From contig CAYZBC010000001.1 in NCBI GenBank assembly GCA_964476535.1, positions 4,788 to 68,787 on the forward strand: 64,000 nucleotides of DNA, read 5' to 3'. The notes under the pieces were generated by a model, which was not told the origin of the DNA, made no database searches, and saw only the letters and a list, made by a program, of their open reading frames with translations. Positions within the stretch are counted from its first letter, which is position 1. The number at the start of each line of letters is the position of its first letter. Position numbers and translations under genes: made by a program. The DNA is from an uncultured Maribellus sp. (GTDB lineage Bacteria; Bacteroidota; Bacteroidia; Bacteroidales; Prolixibacteraceae). Below, piece after piece: positions 18,352 to 26,756 of this stretch.

Positions 18352-18554
18352 CTGTTTATAATTGTGTGTTTTTTATCGGAAACAGATGTATCTCGCTTAT
18401 AACCATCCGCCTGTGTGTAAAATTTTTACATGCTCGTTTCATAAGATTATAATTGTTTGTCTTATAGTATCATATGTAACTCACTATAATCATTCTTCTC
18501 CCGATTAAAATGCGGGACAAGTCGTTTACAAGAATTTTTACATGCTTGTTTCAT
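18352..18554 (-). repeat. Tandem pair (A 18554-18443, B 18442-18352) of the start-codon-associated repeat
   Basis: ATGAAAC(A/G)AGCATGTAAAAATT is 21/22 identical between copies; shared GAG(T/A)TACAT and ACAATTATAA; homologous to 12597-12772. Confidence 0.85.
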
Positions 18555-18788
18555 TTGTTAAAATTTAATATTTGTAAAAGTATAAAAAAGTGTGTTTTAT
18601 TAGGTTTGCCACTTTATTCAGACTTAAAATTTAATATTAGTTTTTCGGGGTTGAAAGCTGAAATTACCCTAAAAATCAATAGTTCAATGTTAGGATTTCC
18701 AGGTAAATTAAATCTCTGTGTTTATTTTTTATTGCGAAGACATTCCTCCTTTTTTATTCTGACTTCCATCTTTCAGCTTCGAACTTAT

Positions 18789-21700
18789 TTACTTATAATT
18801 CAGATTGGTGGGCAGAAATTTCTCCACAAATGCAACCGTTTTTCCTTTTCGTTTTGCATAATCTTCAACCTGATCCTTGCCAATTTTTTCTAAACTGAAG
18901 TACCTCGATTCGGGATGTACAAAAAATTCTCCTGAAACCGATGCATTTGGATACATGGCAAAATGTTCGGTCAATGTAATTCCAACGTCTTCTGCTTTTA
19001 ATAATTTGAAGAGATTTTCTTTTTCTGAATGTTCGGGGCACGCTGGATAACCTAGTGCCGGGCGAATTCCCTGGTATTTAATTTTGAGTGTTTCGTCCAA
19101 CGAAAGATCTTCATTTGGTGCGTATCCCCAGTAATCTTTTCGAACCTGCAGGTGAAGTAATTCCGCGAAAGCTTCACTCAAACGGTCGGCAAGTGCTTCC
19201 AGCATAATTGCTTTGTAATCGTTGTTTTCTGCGCGATACTGGTCTTTCCATTTTTCTATGCCAATTCCTCCGGTTGTAGCAAAACCGCCACAGTAATCTA
19301 TTTTACCCCATTCAATTGGTGCAACAAAATCGGAAAGGCAGAAGTTTGAAATTCCCTCCTTTTTCTTTTCCTGCTGACGAATGTGATAAAACCGACCAAT
19401 CTCATTTTGTCGTGTTTCATTTTCGTACATCACCACATCATCGCCATCGGCATTAGCAGGCCAGATTCCAAATACTGCATTGGCCTGCAGCATTTTCTTT
19501 TCGATTATTTCATCCAAAAATTCGTTGGCTTCGACGTATAGTTTTTTTGCAGCGTCGCCTTGTTTCTCGTCGTTAAAAATTTGTGGGAAATGCCCTTTTA
19601 AACCCCAGGTTATAAAAAAGAATGTCCAGTCGATGTATTTACGTAATTCTTCCAGTGGAAAATCAATAAGCTGTTTTACTCCAATAAAATTTGGTTTGTA
19701 AATGGGCGTATTATTCCAGTCTATTTTAAATTTATTTCTTTGGGCTTGCTCTAAAGTCAAATATTTTTTAGGTTTTCGATTCCCTTGAAATTTTCGAATC
19801 TCAGCATAATCATTTTTAACCGAATCAAGGTATTTTTGATTTTTTGCGATGAGGTTTGAAACCACATTTACTGCCAACGACGCATCTTTTACATGAATTA
19901 CGGGGGAAGAATATTCTTGTTCAATTTTAACAGCCGTATGAATTTTTGATGTTGTTGCCCCACCAATTAAAATGGGAATATTCAGTCCGCGACGCTCCAT
20001 TTCTTTCGCAACGTCAACCATAATTTCCAGCGATGGAGTAATCAAACCACTCAATCCAACTACATCCACGTTTTCTTTGATGGCAGTATCAATTATTTTT
20101 TCGGTGGGAACCATAACTCCTAAATCGATAATTTCGTAATTGTTACAAGCTAAAACAACGCCCACAATATTTTTTCCAATGTCGTGAACATCGCCTTTTA
20201 CCGTGGCCATCAATACTTTTTTCGCAGACGATACTGTATTGTATTTTGCTTTGTCGGCATCAATGAATGGAAGTAAAAAAGCCACCGCCTTTTTCATTAC
20301 ACGCGCCGATTTTATTACCTGTGGAAGGAACATTTTACCGGCTCCAAACAATCCACCAACTACATTCATCCCATCCATTAACGGACCTTCGATAATATCT
20401 AATGCCAGTTTATATTTTTTTACAGCTTCTGCCATATCTTCATCAATAAACTCGGGAAAACCTTTAACCAAAGCGTGTTGAATACGTTTTTCAAGGGGAA
20501 GTTCACGCCATTCGTTTTTACGCTCCACTTTTTTCCCATCCGATTTTACATTTTCAGCAAACTCGAGCATTTTCTCCGTTGCGTCAATTTTTCGGTTAAG
20601 AATTAAATCTTCTGTTTTTTCCAAAAGGTCTTTCGGGATTTCATCATAAATCTGAAGCATTCCAGGATTTACAATTCCCATGTCGAGTCCGGCTTTTATA
20701 GCATGAAAAAGAAATACAGAATGCATGGCCTCACGAACTGTATTGTTGCCCCGAAAAGAAAAAGAAATGTTGCTTATTCCACCGCTGGTTTTAGCATGAG
20801 GAAGATTTTCTTTTATCCATCGCACCGAATCAATAAAATCGATACCATAATTGCTATGTTCTTCCATTCCGGTACCGAGGATTAAAACGTTAGGGTCGAA
20901 AATAATATCTTGCGGAGGGAAGTTGACCTGTTCAGTAAGAATTTTATATGCCCGGCTACAAATCTCTTTGCGGCGCTCCAAATTATCGGCTTGCCCTACT
21001 TCGTCAAAAGCCATTACAACTACGGCTGCGCCAAAACGTTTTATCACTTTTGCCTGATGAATAAAACTCTCTTCACCCTCTTTTAAACTGATGGAATTTA
21101 CAATCGCTTTTCCCTGTAAACATTTTAATCCGGCTTCAATTACTTTCCACTTCGAAGAGTCGATCATTACCGGAAGTTTGGCAATGTCGGGTTCAGCCAT
21201 TAACATGTTCAGGAATTGTACCATCTCTTTTTCGGCATCCAACATTGCATCGTCCAGATTTACATCGATAATCTGTGCACCATCTTCAACCTGTGCTCGT
21301 GCGATTGAAAGTGCTTCTTCGTATTTTTCTTCGCGAATTAAGCGTGCAAATTTCCTTGACCCGGAAACATTGCACCGTTCACCAATATTTACGAAGTTGG
21401 TTTCTTCAGTTAAAGTAACAGGCTCCAGACCACTAAATTTTGTATTTGAATCAGCCTTATTTATTTGATGCGGTTTTGCTTTCTCTGCAATTTTTACAAA
21501 TTCACGAATGTGTGCCGGAGTAGTTCCGCAGCAACCACCAATTATATTTACAAAATTGTTGTCGAGATAATCTTGCAGATAACCGGTCATTATTTCCGGT
21601 GTTTCGTCGTATTCGCCAAACTGATTTGGCAAACCTGCATTTGGATGAGCGCTGATATGGAATGGTGCTTTTCGTGAAAGTTCTTTTACGTAGGGACGTA

Positions 21701-22454
21701 AATCGGACGCACCCAGTGAACAATTTAAACCAATACTTAGCAAGTCGACATGTGAAACAGAATTTAAAAAAGCTTCCAGTGTTTGTCCCGAAAGTGTTCT
21801 TCCGCTGGCATCGGTTATTGTTCCCGAAACCATAAGTGGAAGTTTAATGCTGCGTGCTTCCAATGCTTCCTCAACGGCAAAAATAGCTGCCTTGCCATTT
21901 AAGGTATCGAAAATAGTTTCAATAATAAGCAAATCAACACCGCCGTCTAAAAGTCCTTCAACTTGCTCGCGGTACGAAGTTTTTACTTCATCGAAAGTTA
22001 CTGCGCGATAACCAGGGTCGTTTACATCGGGCGAAAGTGAAAGTGTTTTATTTGTTGGCCCAAGTGAGCCCGCAACAAAACGAGGTTTCGCTGGATTTTG
22101 GGCAGTGAATTTATCCGCTACTTTTTTAGCAATCTCAGCTGAAGTTTTGTTTAATTCGTAAACAAATTCTTCGGTGCCATAATCGGCTTGCGAAATGGAG
22201 GTGGCATTAAAAGTGTTTGTTAAAAGAATGTCAGCCCCAGCCTCCAAATATTTGGTATGAATTTCGATAATAATATCAGGATTGGTAATTGATAAAATAT
22301 CGTTATTTCCTTTTAGGTCATGCGGAAAATCCTTAAACCGTTCTCCGTGGTACTCCGCCTGGGTTAATTTATATTCTTGAATTAAAGAACCCATTGCCCC
22401 GTCCATAACAAGCACGCGGGTAAGGAGTTCGTTGCGTATATCTTTTTTAATCAT
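18789..22454 (-). CDS. metH: Cobalamin-dependent methionine synthase
   Basis: DGAMGS, GLNC, GGCCGT Zn ligands, pterin domain IGERCNV, DVHDIG B12-binding motif, C-terminal activation domain ([10 protein letters not shown]). Confidence 0.98.
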   Translation of the reverse strand: MIKKDIRNELLTRVLVMDGAMGSLIQEYKLTQAEYHGERFKDFPHDLKGNNDILSITNPDIIIEIHTKYLEAGADILLTNTFNATSISQADYGTEEFVYELNKTSAEIAKKVADKFTAQNPAKPRFVAGSLGPTNKTLSLSPDVNDPGYRAVTFDEVKTSYREQVEGLLDGGVDLLIIETIFDTLNGKAAIFAVEEALEARSIKLPLMVSGTITDASGRTLSGQTLEAFLNSVSHVDLLSIGLNCSLGASDLRPYVKELSRKAPFHISAHPNAGLPNQFGEYDETPEIMTGYLQDYLDNNFVNIIGGCCGTTPAHIREFVKIAEKAKPHQINKADSNTKFSGLEPVTLTEETNFVNIGERCNVSGSRKFARLIREEKYEEALSIARAQVEDGAQIIDVNLDDAMLDAEKEMVQFLNMLMAEPDIAKLPVMIDSSKWKVIEAGLKCLQGKAIVNSISLKEGEESFIHQAKVIKRFGAAVVVMAFDEVGQADNLERRKEICSRAYKILTEQVNFPPQDIIFDPNVLILGTGMEEHSNYGIDFIDSVRWIKENLPHAKTSGGISNISFSFRGNNTVREAMHSVFLFHAIKAGLDMGIVNPGMLQIYDEIPKDLLEKTEDLILNRKIDATEKMLEFAENVKSDGKKVERKNEWRELPLEKRIQHALVKGFPEFIDEDMAEAVKKYKLALDIIEGPLMDGMNVVGGLFGAGKMFLPQVIKSARVMKKAVAFLLPFIDADKAKYNTVSSAKKVLMATVKGDVHDIGKNIVGVVLACNNYEIIDLGVMVPTEKIIDTAIKENVDVVGLSGLITPSLEIMVDVAKEMERRGLNIPILIGGATTSKIHTAVKIEQEYSSPVIHVKDASLAVNVVSNLIAKNQKYLDSVKNDYAEIRKFQGNRKPKKYLTLEQAQRNKFKIDWNNTPIYKPNFIGVKQLIDFPLEELRKYIDWTFFFITWGLKGHFPQIFNDEKQGDAAKKLYVEANEFLDEIIEKKMLQANAVFGIWPANADGDDVVMYENETRQNEIGRFYHIRQQEKKKEGISNFCLSDFVAPIEWGKIDYCGGFATTGGIGIEKWKDQYRAENNDYKAIMLEALADRLSEAFAELLHLQVRKDYWGYAPNEDLSLDETLKIKYQGIRPALGYPACPEHSEKENLFKLLKAEDVGITLTEHFAMYPNASVSGEFFVHPESRYFSLEKIGKDQVEDYAKRKGKTVAFVEKFLPTNLNYK

Positions 22455-22483
22455 TTATTATATTTTCTAATCTTCTGAATGAA

Positions 22484-22561
22484 TTCTGTGCATTCTCTGT
22501 GTCTTCTGCAATTAAAAATATAACCACAAAGTTGCACAAAGGATTCACAAAGTTAACAAAG
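22484..22561. repeat. Imperfect inverted array of CACA(A/G)AG heptamers between UPF0280 and metH
   Basis: CACAAAG at 22525, 22535, 22546 and AACAAAG at 22555; complementary TTCTGTG/CTCTGTG at 22484 and 22495. Confidence 0.7.
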
Positions 22562-22565
22562 AAGT

Positions 22566-23318
22566 TTACTTCAAAATTCTCATCTCATAATCTCCCCGAA
22601 TTGCAATCTTATCTTCACAAATAATTAAAAGCGAAAGAATTTCTGGATATTTTTCCGATTGTTTAATCACTTTCTCAACATCGTTTGGCGATTTTACTTT
22701 GTTCCCGAAGGCGGTTGCAAAAGCGTCGGCCAATAAAATATCCTCACAAACAACTACAACTGCATCCGCTTTTCCGTAACTTAGCGAAGGTCCAACTGTA
22801 CCAGCCGAAGTACAAATTCCAAGTTTCTTCTTATCAGCAGGAATCACCAATCCAATTCGTTCCGACAAAATAGATTCTCCAGCAAAAACGGAAAACACCA
22901 AATCATCTTTTAAAAGAACAAAAATATCACCACCGTTCTCTATAACCAATTCTTTAACCGAAAAGTTCTGAATAATTTCTTTTCCCACTTCCCGGGCAAA
23001 TAATCCTGCAACCGCCGACATAGGTCCAATCCCCGCATTTTCGGCTGCGGCTGCCATTTCAATTGCTTCTAAAGGTGCAAAGCCAGAGGATTGAAAAGGT
23101 TTTAGGCTTTTTTTAAAGAACGGTTCTACTTTAATGTATTCATCGAATCTGTTGCGTAAACTTTTTATTTTCGCAAGTGCAAGTTCTTTTATTTCGGGTC
23201 GAAATGAAACCGTGTCAATGCCAATCCATAAATCGGTTTCCAGATAACTTATTTCAAAGCCTGTAAAACGTTCAGTGTTAAATTGGGTTCGATATGTTCT
23301 TTCTTCAAATAAATTCAT
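22566..23318 (-). CDS. UPF0280/COG2122 (ApbE-like) protein, homologue of the sulfide-assimilation protein MA1715
   Basis: GPMSAVAG, ENGGDI, GICTSAGTVGPSLSYGKADAV, LADAFATA motifs; lies next to the COG1900 and NIL-ferredoxin genes. Confidence 0.88.
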   Translation of the reverse strand: MNLFEERTYRTQFNTERFTGFEISYLETDLWIGIDTVSFRPEIKELALAKIKSLRNRFDEYIKVEPFFKKSLKPFQSSGFAPLEAIEMAAAAENAGIGPMSAVAGLFAREVGKEIIQNFSVKELVIENGGDIFVLLKDDLVFSVFAGESILSERIGLVIPADKKKLGICTSAGTVGPSLSYGKADAVVVVCEDILLADAFATAFGNKVKSPNDVEKVIKQSEKYPEILSLLIICEDKIAIRGDYEMRILK

Positions 23319-23385
23319 CTTTATACTAAATGGTATTATACCGAAAGGTATAAAATCAGTTTAAAAATTTAGATAGCTTCATGAC

Positions 23386-23507
23386 GGGAAACTCTAAAAA
23401 TAGGAAAATTCAAGGCGTAAGTAAATTTAAACACCGGAGTTTACTTTTGTAAATGAGGATTTTAAATTTACGAAACAACGCAGAAGCTTTCATTTTTAGA
23501 GCTTACC
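23386..23507. repeat. About 120-bp nested palindromic (MITE/REP-like) element
   Basis: Nested inverted repeats CTCTAAAAAT/ATTTTTAGAG (23392/23492), GCGT/ACGC, GTAAATTTAAA/TTTAAATTTAC (23421/23461), TTTAC-TTTT-GTAAA (23440-23453). Confidence 0.75.
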
Positions 23508-23913
23508 TAAAATCAATTTCAAACAAATTTAAAGGGCAGGCAGGAATACACAATTCACAAACTACACATTTGTCTTTGTCGAATTCCAGTTTCCAGGTCT
23601 CTTTGTTCATTGTTAATGAACCGGCAAAACATACGGCGGTACAATTCCCGCAATCAATACATTTTTCTTCATTTAAATGAATTCGTTTATCTAAGGGTTC
23701 ACAAGTAATCTGATTCTTCTGAAGGTACTTAACCCCGTTTTCAATGTTATCTTTTTTACCCTGGAGTTCAAGAAGCAGGCTACCTCGTTTTCCTGGGTAA
23801 ACTTCCGCTTTCAAAATATTTATGCGGATATCGTAATCTTTTACCAAATGGTAACTAAACGCTTTATCACCTCTATCGGGCGGGAAATTTAAGATGTATC
23901 TTTTTTTAATCAT
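23503..23913 (-). CDS. NIL domain plus 2x[4Fe-4S] ferredoxin (MA1822-like partner of homocysteine biosynthesis)
   Basis: INIL motif in an ACT-like N-domain; CIDCGNCTAVC and CVVCELCIPACP. Confidence 0.88.
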   Translation of the reverse strand: MIKKRYILNFPPDRGDKAFSYHLVKDYDIRINILKAEVYPGKRGSLLLELQGKKDNIENGVKYLQKNQITCEPLDKRIHLNEEKCIDCGNCTAVCFAGSLTMNKETWKLEFDKDKCVVCELCIPACPLNLFEIDFR

Positions 23914-25069
23914 TGTCGGCCTCCGTTTCTTTTAAACTTTTTAATGAGGTGTTTTGTGGAAACATTTGAACAGGTTTACTAATTTCAAAATTTCCCGACT
24001 GCAACCATTCTTTTAATTCGTTGGCAATCTTTCTGGCTTTCGAAAGGCTGGCAACTGGCGCAGTACGAATTTTCTTTCCATTCACTTTAATAAAACCCGA
24101 TTGAAGTTCTTTATATGAAACCTGTCCTAACTTTGGTGTTCCATTTGTTCCGTAATCGAGTACCGAAGTTTCAATCTGACTGTTATTTATAGAAACTCTT
24201 TTTGCTATTTCAACATCTAGAATTGGGATTGGGATTCCGATTCCCACAAACATACTTACGCCATATTTTTCGAAATAAGCTGCCTGAATATAATCTGCCG
24301 ACATTTCTTTTAAATTCCCAATAACAGCAATTGTAGCTGCGTTTGTAACCGGAACACCAAGTTCGTTTTTTGGCTTTGTTGTGTGGAATTGAGTACCCGG
24401 CCAAACTACAAAACCTTGTGTGCCACCCAGGAAAATACGTGTTCCCAAACCAATTGTTTTGAATTCGGGGTCGTTTAACAATGGGCTTAACTCACCGGAG
24501 GTAGAATAGGTTGCATTTCGCAAATTTGGGAGTAAAGTCCCCATGTACGTGTGAATCATTTTTTTAGTTGAATTCACGGCAACATTATAATTCTGATAGG
24601 CATTCCGCGGATTAAAAAGTGTAAATTCGTTTATCGTGTTTATATTAATTTTAGTGCGAATATGCTTGCGTGGATAACAATCGGTTCCTTTTCCCCATGC
24701 TTCCAGAATAACATCTTTCCCTTCCAGTAAATCCTGAATAACGTGTGCACCACCGTATTTCGGATTCTCAGGATCGCATGCTGTTGCTCCAATATAAGAA
24801 TCAACGGCTGCCAATCCCTCGTAACATGGTACGCCGTTTAATCTTATTTTTTCCATTCGAATGGGTGGGTTGGGATGACCAAAATTGATAATTGCACCGG
24901 ACGAACACATGGCACCAAAAGTTGCGGTAGTAACCACATCCACCTTTTCAACAATTTCTTCCGGCGATACGAGTAGCGCCATTTTCGAAACTTCCTCGGC
25001 GGTAAGTATTACTGCTTTACCCGATTTCAATTTCTGGTTAATTTCTTCGTAGGTTTTTATTTTTGACAT
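23906..25069 (-). CDS. L-aspartate semialdehyde sulfurtransferase (COG1900/DUF39, MA1821-like homocysteine biosynthesis protein), without CBS domains
   Basis: VDVVTTATFGAMCSSG, GLAAVDSYIGAT, YGGAHVI, GTDCYPR, FNPRNAYQNY, GELSPLLNDP, GTRIFLGG motifs. Confidence 0.9.
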   Translation of the reverse strand: MSKIKTYEEINQKLKSGKAVILTAEEVSKMALLVSPEEIVEKVDVVTTATFGAMCSSGAIINFGHPNPPIRMEKIRLNGVPCYEGLAAVDSYIGATACDPENPKYGGAHVIQDLLEGKDVILEAWGKGTDCYPRKHIRTKININTINEFTLFNPRNAYQNYNVAVNSTKKMIHTYMGTLLPNLRNATYSTSGELSPLLNDPEFKTIGLGTRIFLGGTQGFVVWPGTQFHTTKPKNELGVPVTNAATIAVIGNLKEMSADYIQAAYFEKYGVSMFVGIGIPIPILDVEIAKRVSINNSQIETSVLDYGTNGTPKLGQVSYKELQSGFIKVNGKKIRTAPVASLSKARKIANELKEWLQSGNFEISKPVQMFPQNTSLKSLKETEADND

Positions 25070-25184
25070 TTTTCAATAAATTTCATGTTATAAAAATTAG
25101 TTGGACGACGGAAGCCGGAAGTAAAAAAAGTGTAAGCCGAAAATCTGGTCATCCACAAATCTAATTATCTCTCAATCATAATAG

Positions 25185-25280
25185 TTACATTTTAAAAAGC
25201 GGTAAAAACCGCCAGTGCATACACATATTTGCCCCATGCATATAACTTACTAAAAATAATCTGTACAGTTGTTTTTTCAT
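25185..25280 (-). CDS. Putative Met/Cys-rich leader peptide (31 aa)
   Basis: MKKQLYRLFLVSYMHGANMCMHWRFLPLFKM. Starts about 13 nt after the riboswitch P1 and overlaps a terminator-like hairpin. Confidence 0.5.
   Translation of the reverse strand: MKKQLYRLFLVSYMHGANMCMHWRFLPLFKM
25194..25213 (-). terminator. Attenuator-like terminator in the methionine operon leader
   Basis: Minus strand GGCGGT-TTTT-ACCGCT then TTTT; short 6-bp stem. Confidence 0.45.
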
Positions 25281-25292
25281 GATTGTGTTCAA

Positions 25293-25393
25293 ATTATAAT
25301 TCCGTTTCCGGCCGGGTATTGGCACCTTTCCCTTTTGTCCCGGTTGGTTGCCAGAGCTTCTCAGAGCCCGCTCTCTTCACTCTTCTATATAAT
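25293..25393 (-). ncRNA. SAM-I (S-box) riboswitch
   Basis: P1 ATTAT/ATAAT; kink-turn region GAGAG-CGGG-CTCTGAGAAG; GGCAACC...AGGTGCCAA core; pseudoknot CGGG/CCCG (compensatory relative to canonical CUGG/CCAG); short P4 CCG-GAAA-CGG. Lies upstream of methionine genes. Confidence 0.92.
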
Positions 25394-25518
25394 CAAACAC
25401 TCTTTAGAGAAAGAATATTTGATACGCTTCAAATTTAATCGAAAATGCTTAATTTCAAATATTTTTAGGTCAGTACTTTTAAAACGTTAAGATTCATTTA
25501 TAATTTCAATAATTTTGC

Positions 25519-25549
25519 TTGTGTAGTCTCAAGTAAAGTTGTAAACTTG
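25519..25549 (+). promoter_or_regulatory. Putative Bacteroidota promoter for the tRNA
   Basis: TTG at 25519, 20-nt spacer, TAAACTTG (one mismatch to TAnnTTTG). Confidence 0.45.
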
Positions 25550-25609
25550 CACTCCGAAAATGAAGGTTTAGATTGTCTTTTTGTGATTTTCGATTTTCAA
25601 CGTTCGTTC

Positions 25610-25684
<75 letters not shown>

Positions 25685-25690
25685 AAACTG

Positions 25691-25735
25691 AAAAAGAGGA
25701 TGTTACAACAATTATGTGTAGCCGCCTCTTTTTTT
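25691..25735 (+). terminator. Terminator-like hairpin after the tRNA
   Basis: AAAAAGAGG...CCTCTTTTT arms followed by a U run; long irregular loop. Confidence 0.5.
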
Positions 25736-25757
25736 ATTTGCACACAATTTGCACACA
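25736..25757. repeat. Perfect 11-bp tandem repeat ATTTGCACACA x2
   Basis: Read directly at 25736-25746 and 25747-25757. Confidence 0.85.
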
Positions 25758-26756
25758 GCTTGCCTATGCAATTATCATTAATAAGTAAACGAAACCGAAG
25801 GGATTACCGGAAAAGCCGTAATCTGCTTTAGCTAGTCACCTTTTTATTGTTTTCATAATAGTCCACGGGTTTAGGAGGTTATTGATTTTAAAATTGAGAA
25901 AAACTGTCTGAATCACCTATAAAATGGCACAGGTAATTAAAATTTGAAAACGTTTAGGACAGCTCTGATTCCATACATTAGTGACCTAGACTGATCCTAG
26001 TCCATTGATGATGTTGTTGTTTGACCGAGTAATAACATAGCTTTAAATTTTATGGTTAAAGCTCATTCTACTTCGAAAGCTTGCACTTATAGTTATTTTA
26101 AGACACAAGTAAAAGCAAATATCTATGGGAATTTTCAAGCATCATGAAAAGTGCTGATTATCTATAAGATATGATTACTACTCTCCTTACACTTCTGACA
26201 CAAGTACAAGCTACTAAGATTTCAATTTCTTCAATTATTGTTGAGTCATTTTGCAAAAAAAAATTATTGTTAAACCAGAACCAATCATTTCACTGGGAAA
26301 AGAGCAAGCTGACCTATAGTGGTCTTGTCCGAAATAAAATCTTTGTTCTCTGAAAAACCAATTACCATTTAAAATGTACCCTTAGTGTATTTCACTTCTA
26401 AAAGCACTTTGAATATGAATCGACATTATATCAGAGCAATTTGATATTTAAATGGTATAACTTTTATTCCTGAATGCCTAAACCATACTCCTTGCACAAA
26501 ATTAGCTAAAGCAATTTACAGCATGAACTTGTTCTGAGAAAGGTTAGTATCGTTAGGTGTTTTATTGGTTAAAAACAAAGACTTATATTAATTGATGTTC
26601 TGTTGACAGTATACCTAATTTAATTAGAACCTCAACAATTATTTGAAACAAATATGAAATTATATAAGAAGGAGAGTTTGCCAAGAACAAAAATTTAAAA
26701 AATTATGCTCTCGGCTAACTATATAACTATAACCGAATTGATTGAGATAATATCAA

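Noticed and set aside
18352-18450. SAM-II or other known riboswitch upstream of metF
   Set aside because: Lacks recognisable SAM-II (GAUUU...AAAUG...GCUAAA) or SAM-I core motifs; the sequence is explained by the repeat family that also occurs before dxr.
12597-18554. The roughly 90-nt repeats as a CRISPR array
   Set aside because: Units are too long and too diverged, occur only in pairs, have no unique spacers between identical repeats, and no cas genes are present.
18510-18893. 127-aa plus-strand ORF between metF and metH
   Set aside because: Antisense to the operon, overlaps the metH 3' end, and has the Phe/Leu/Ile-rich composition of a non-coding AT-rich frame.
22455-22565. Cobalamin riboswitch upstream of metH
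   Set aside because: No B12-box or GGGAA/GCCACUG motifs seen; the gap is occupied by the CACAAAG array.
26440-26560. VQGVWFR on the minus strand resembling the acylphosphatase signature
   Set aside because: Flanking residues do not match the family, the frame is stop-bounded and has no start; likely chance.
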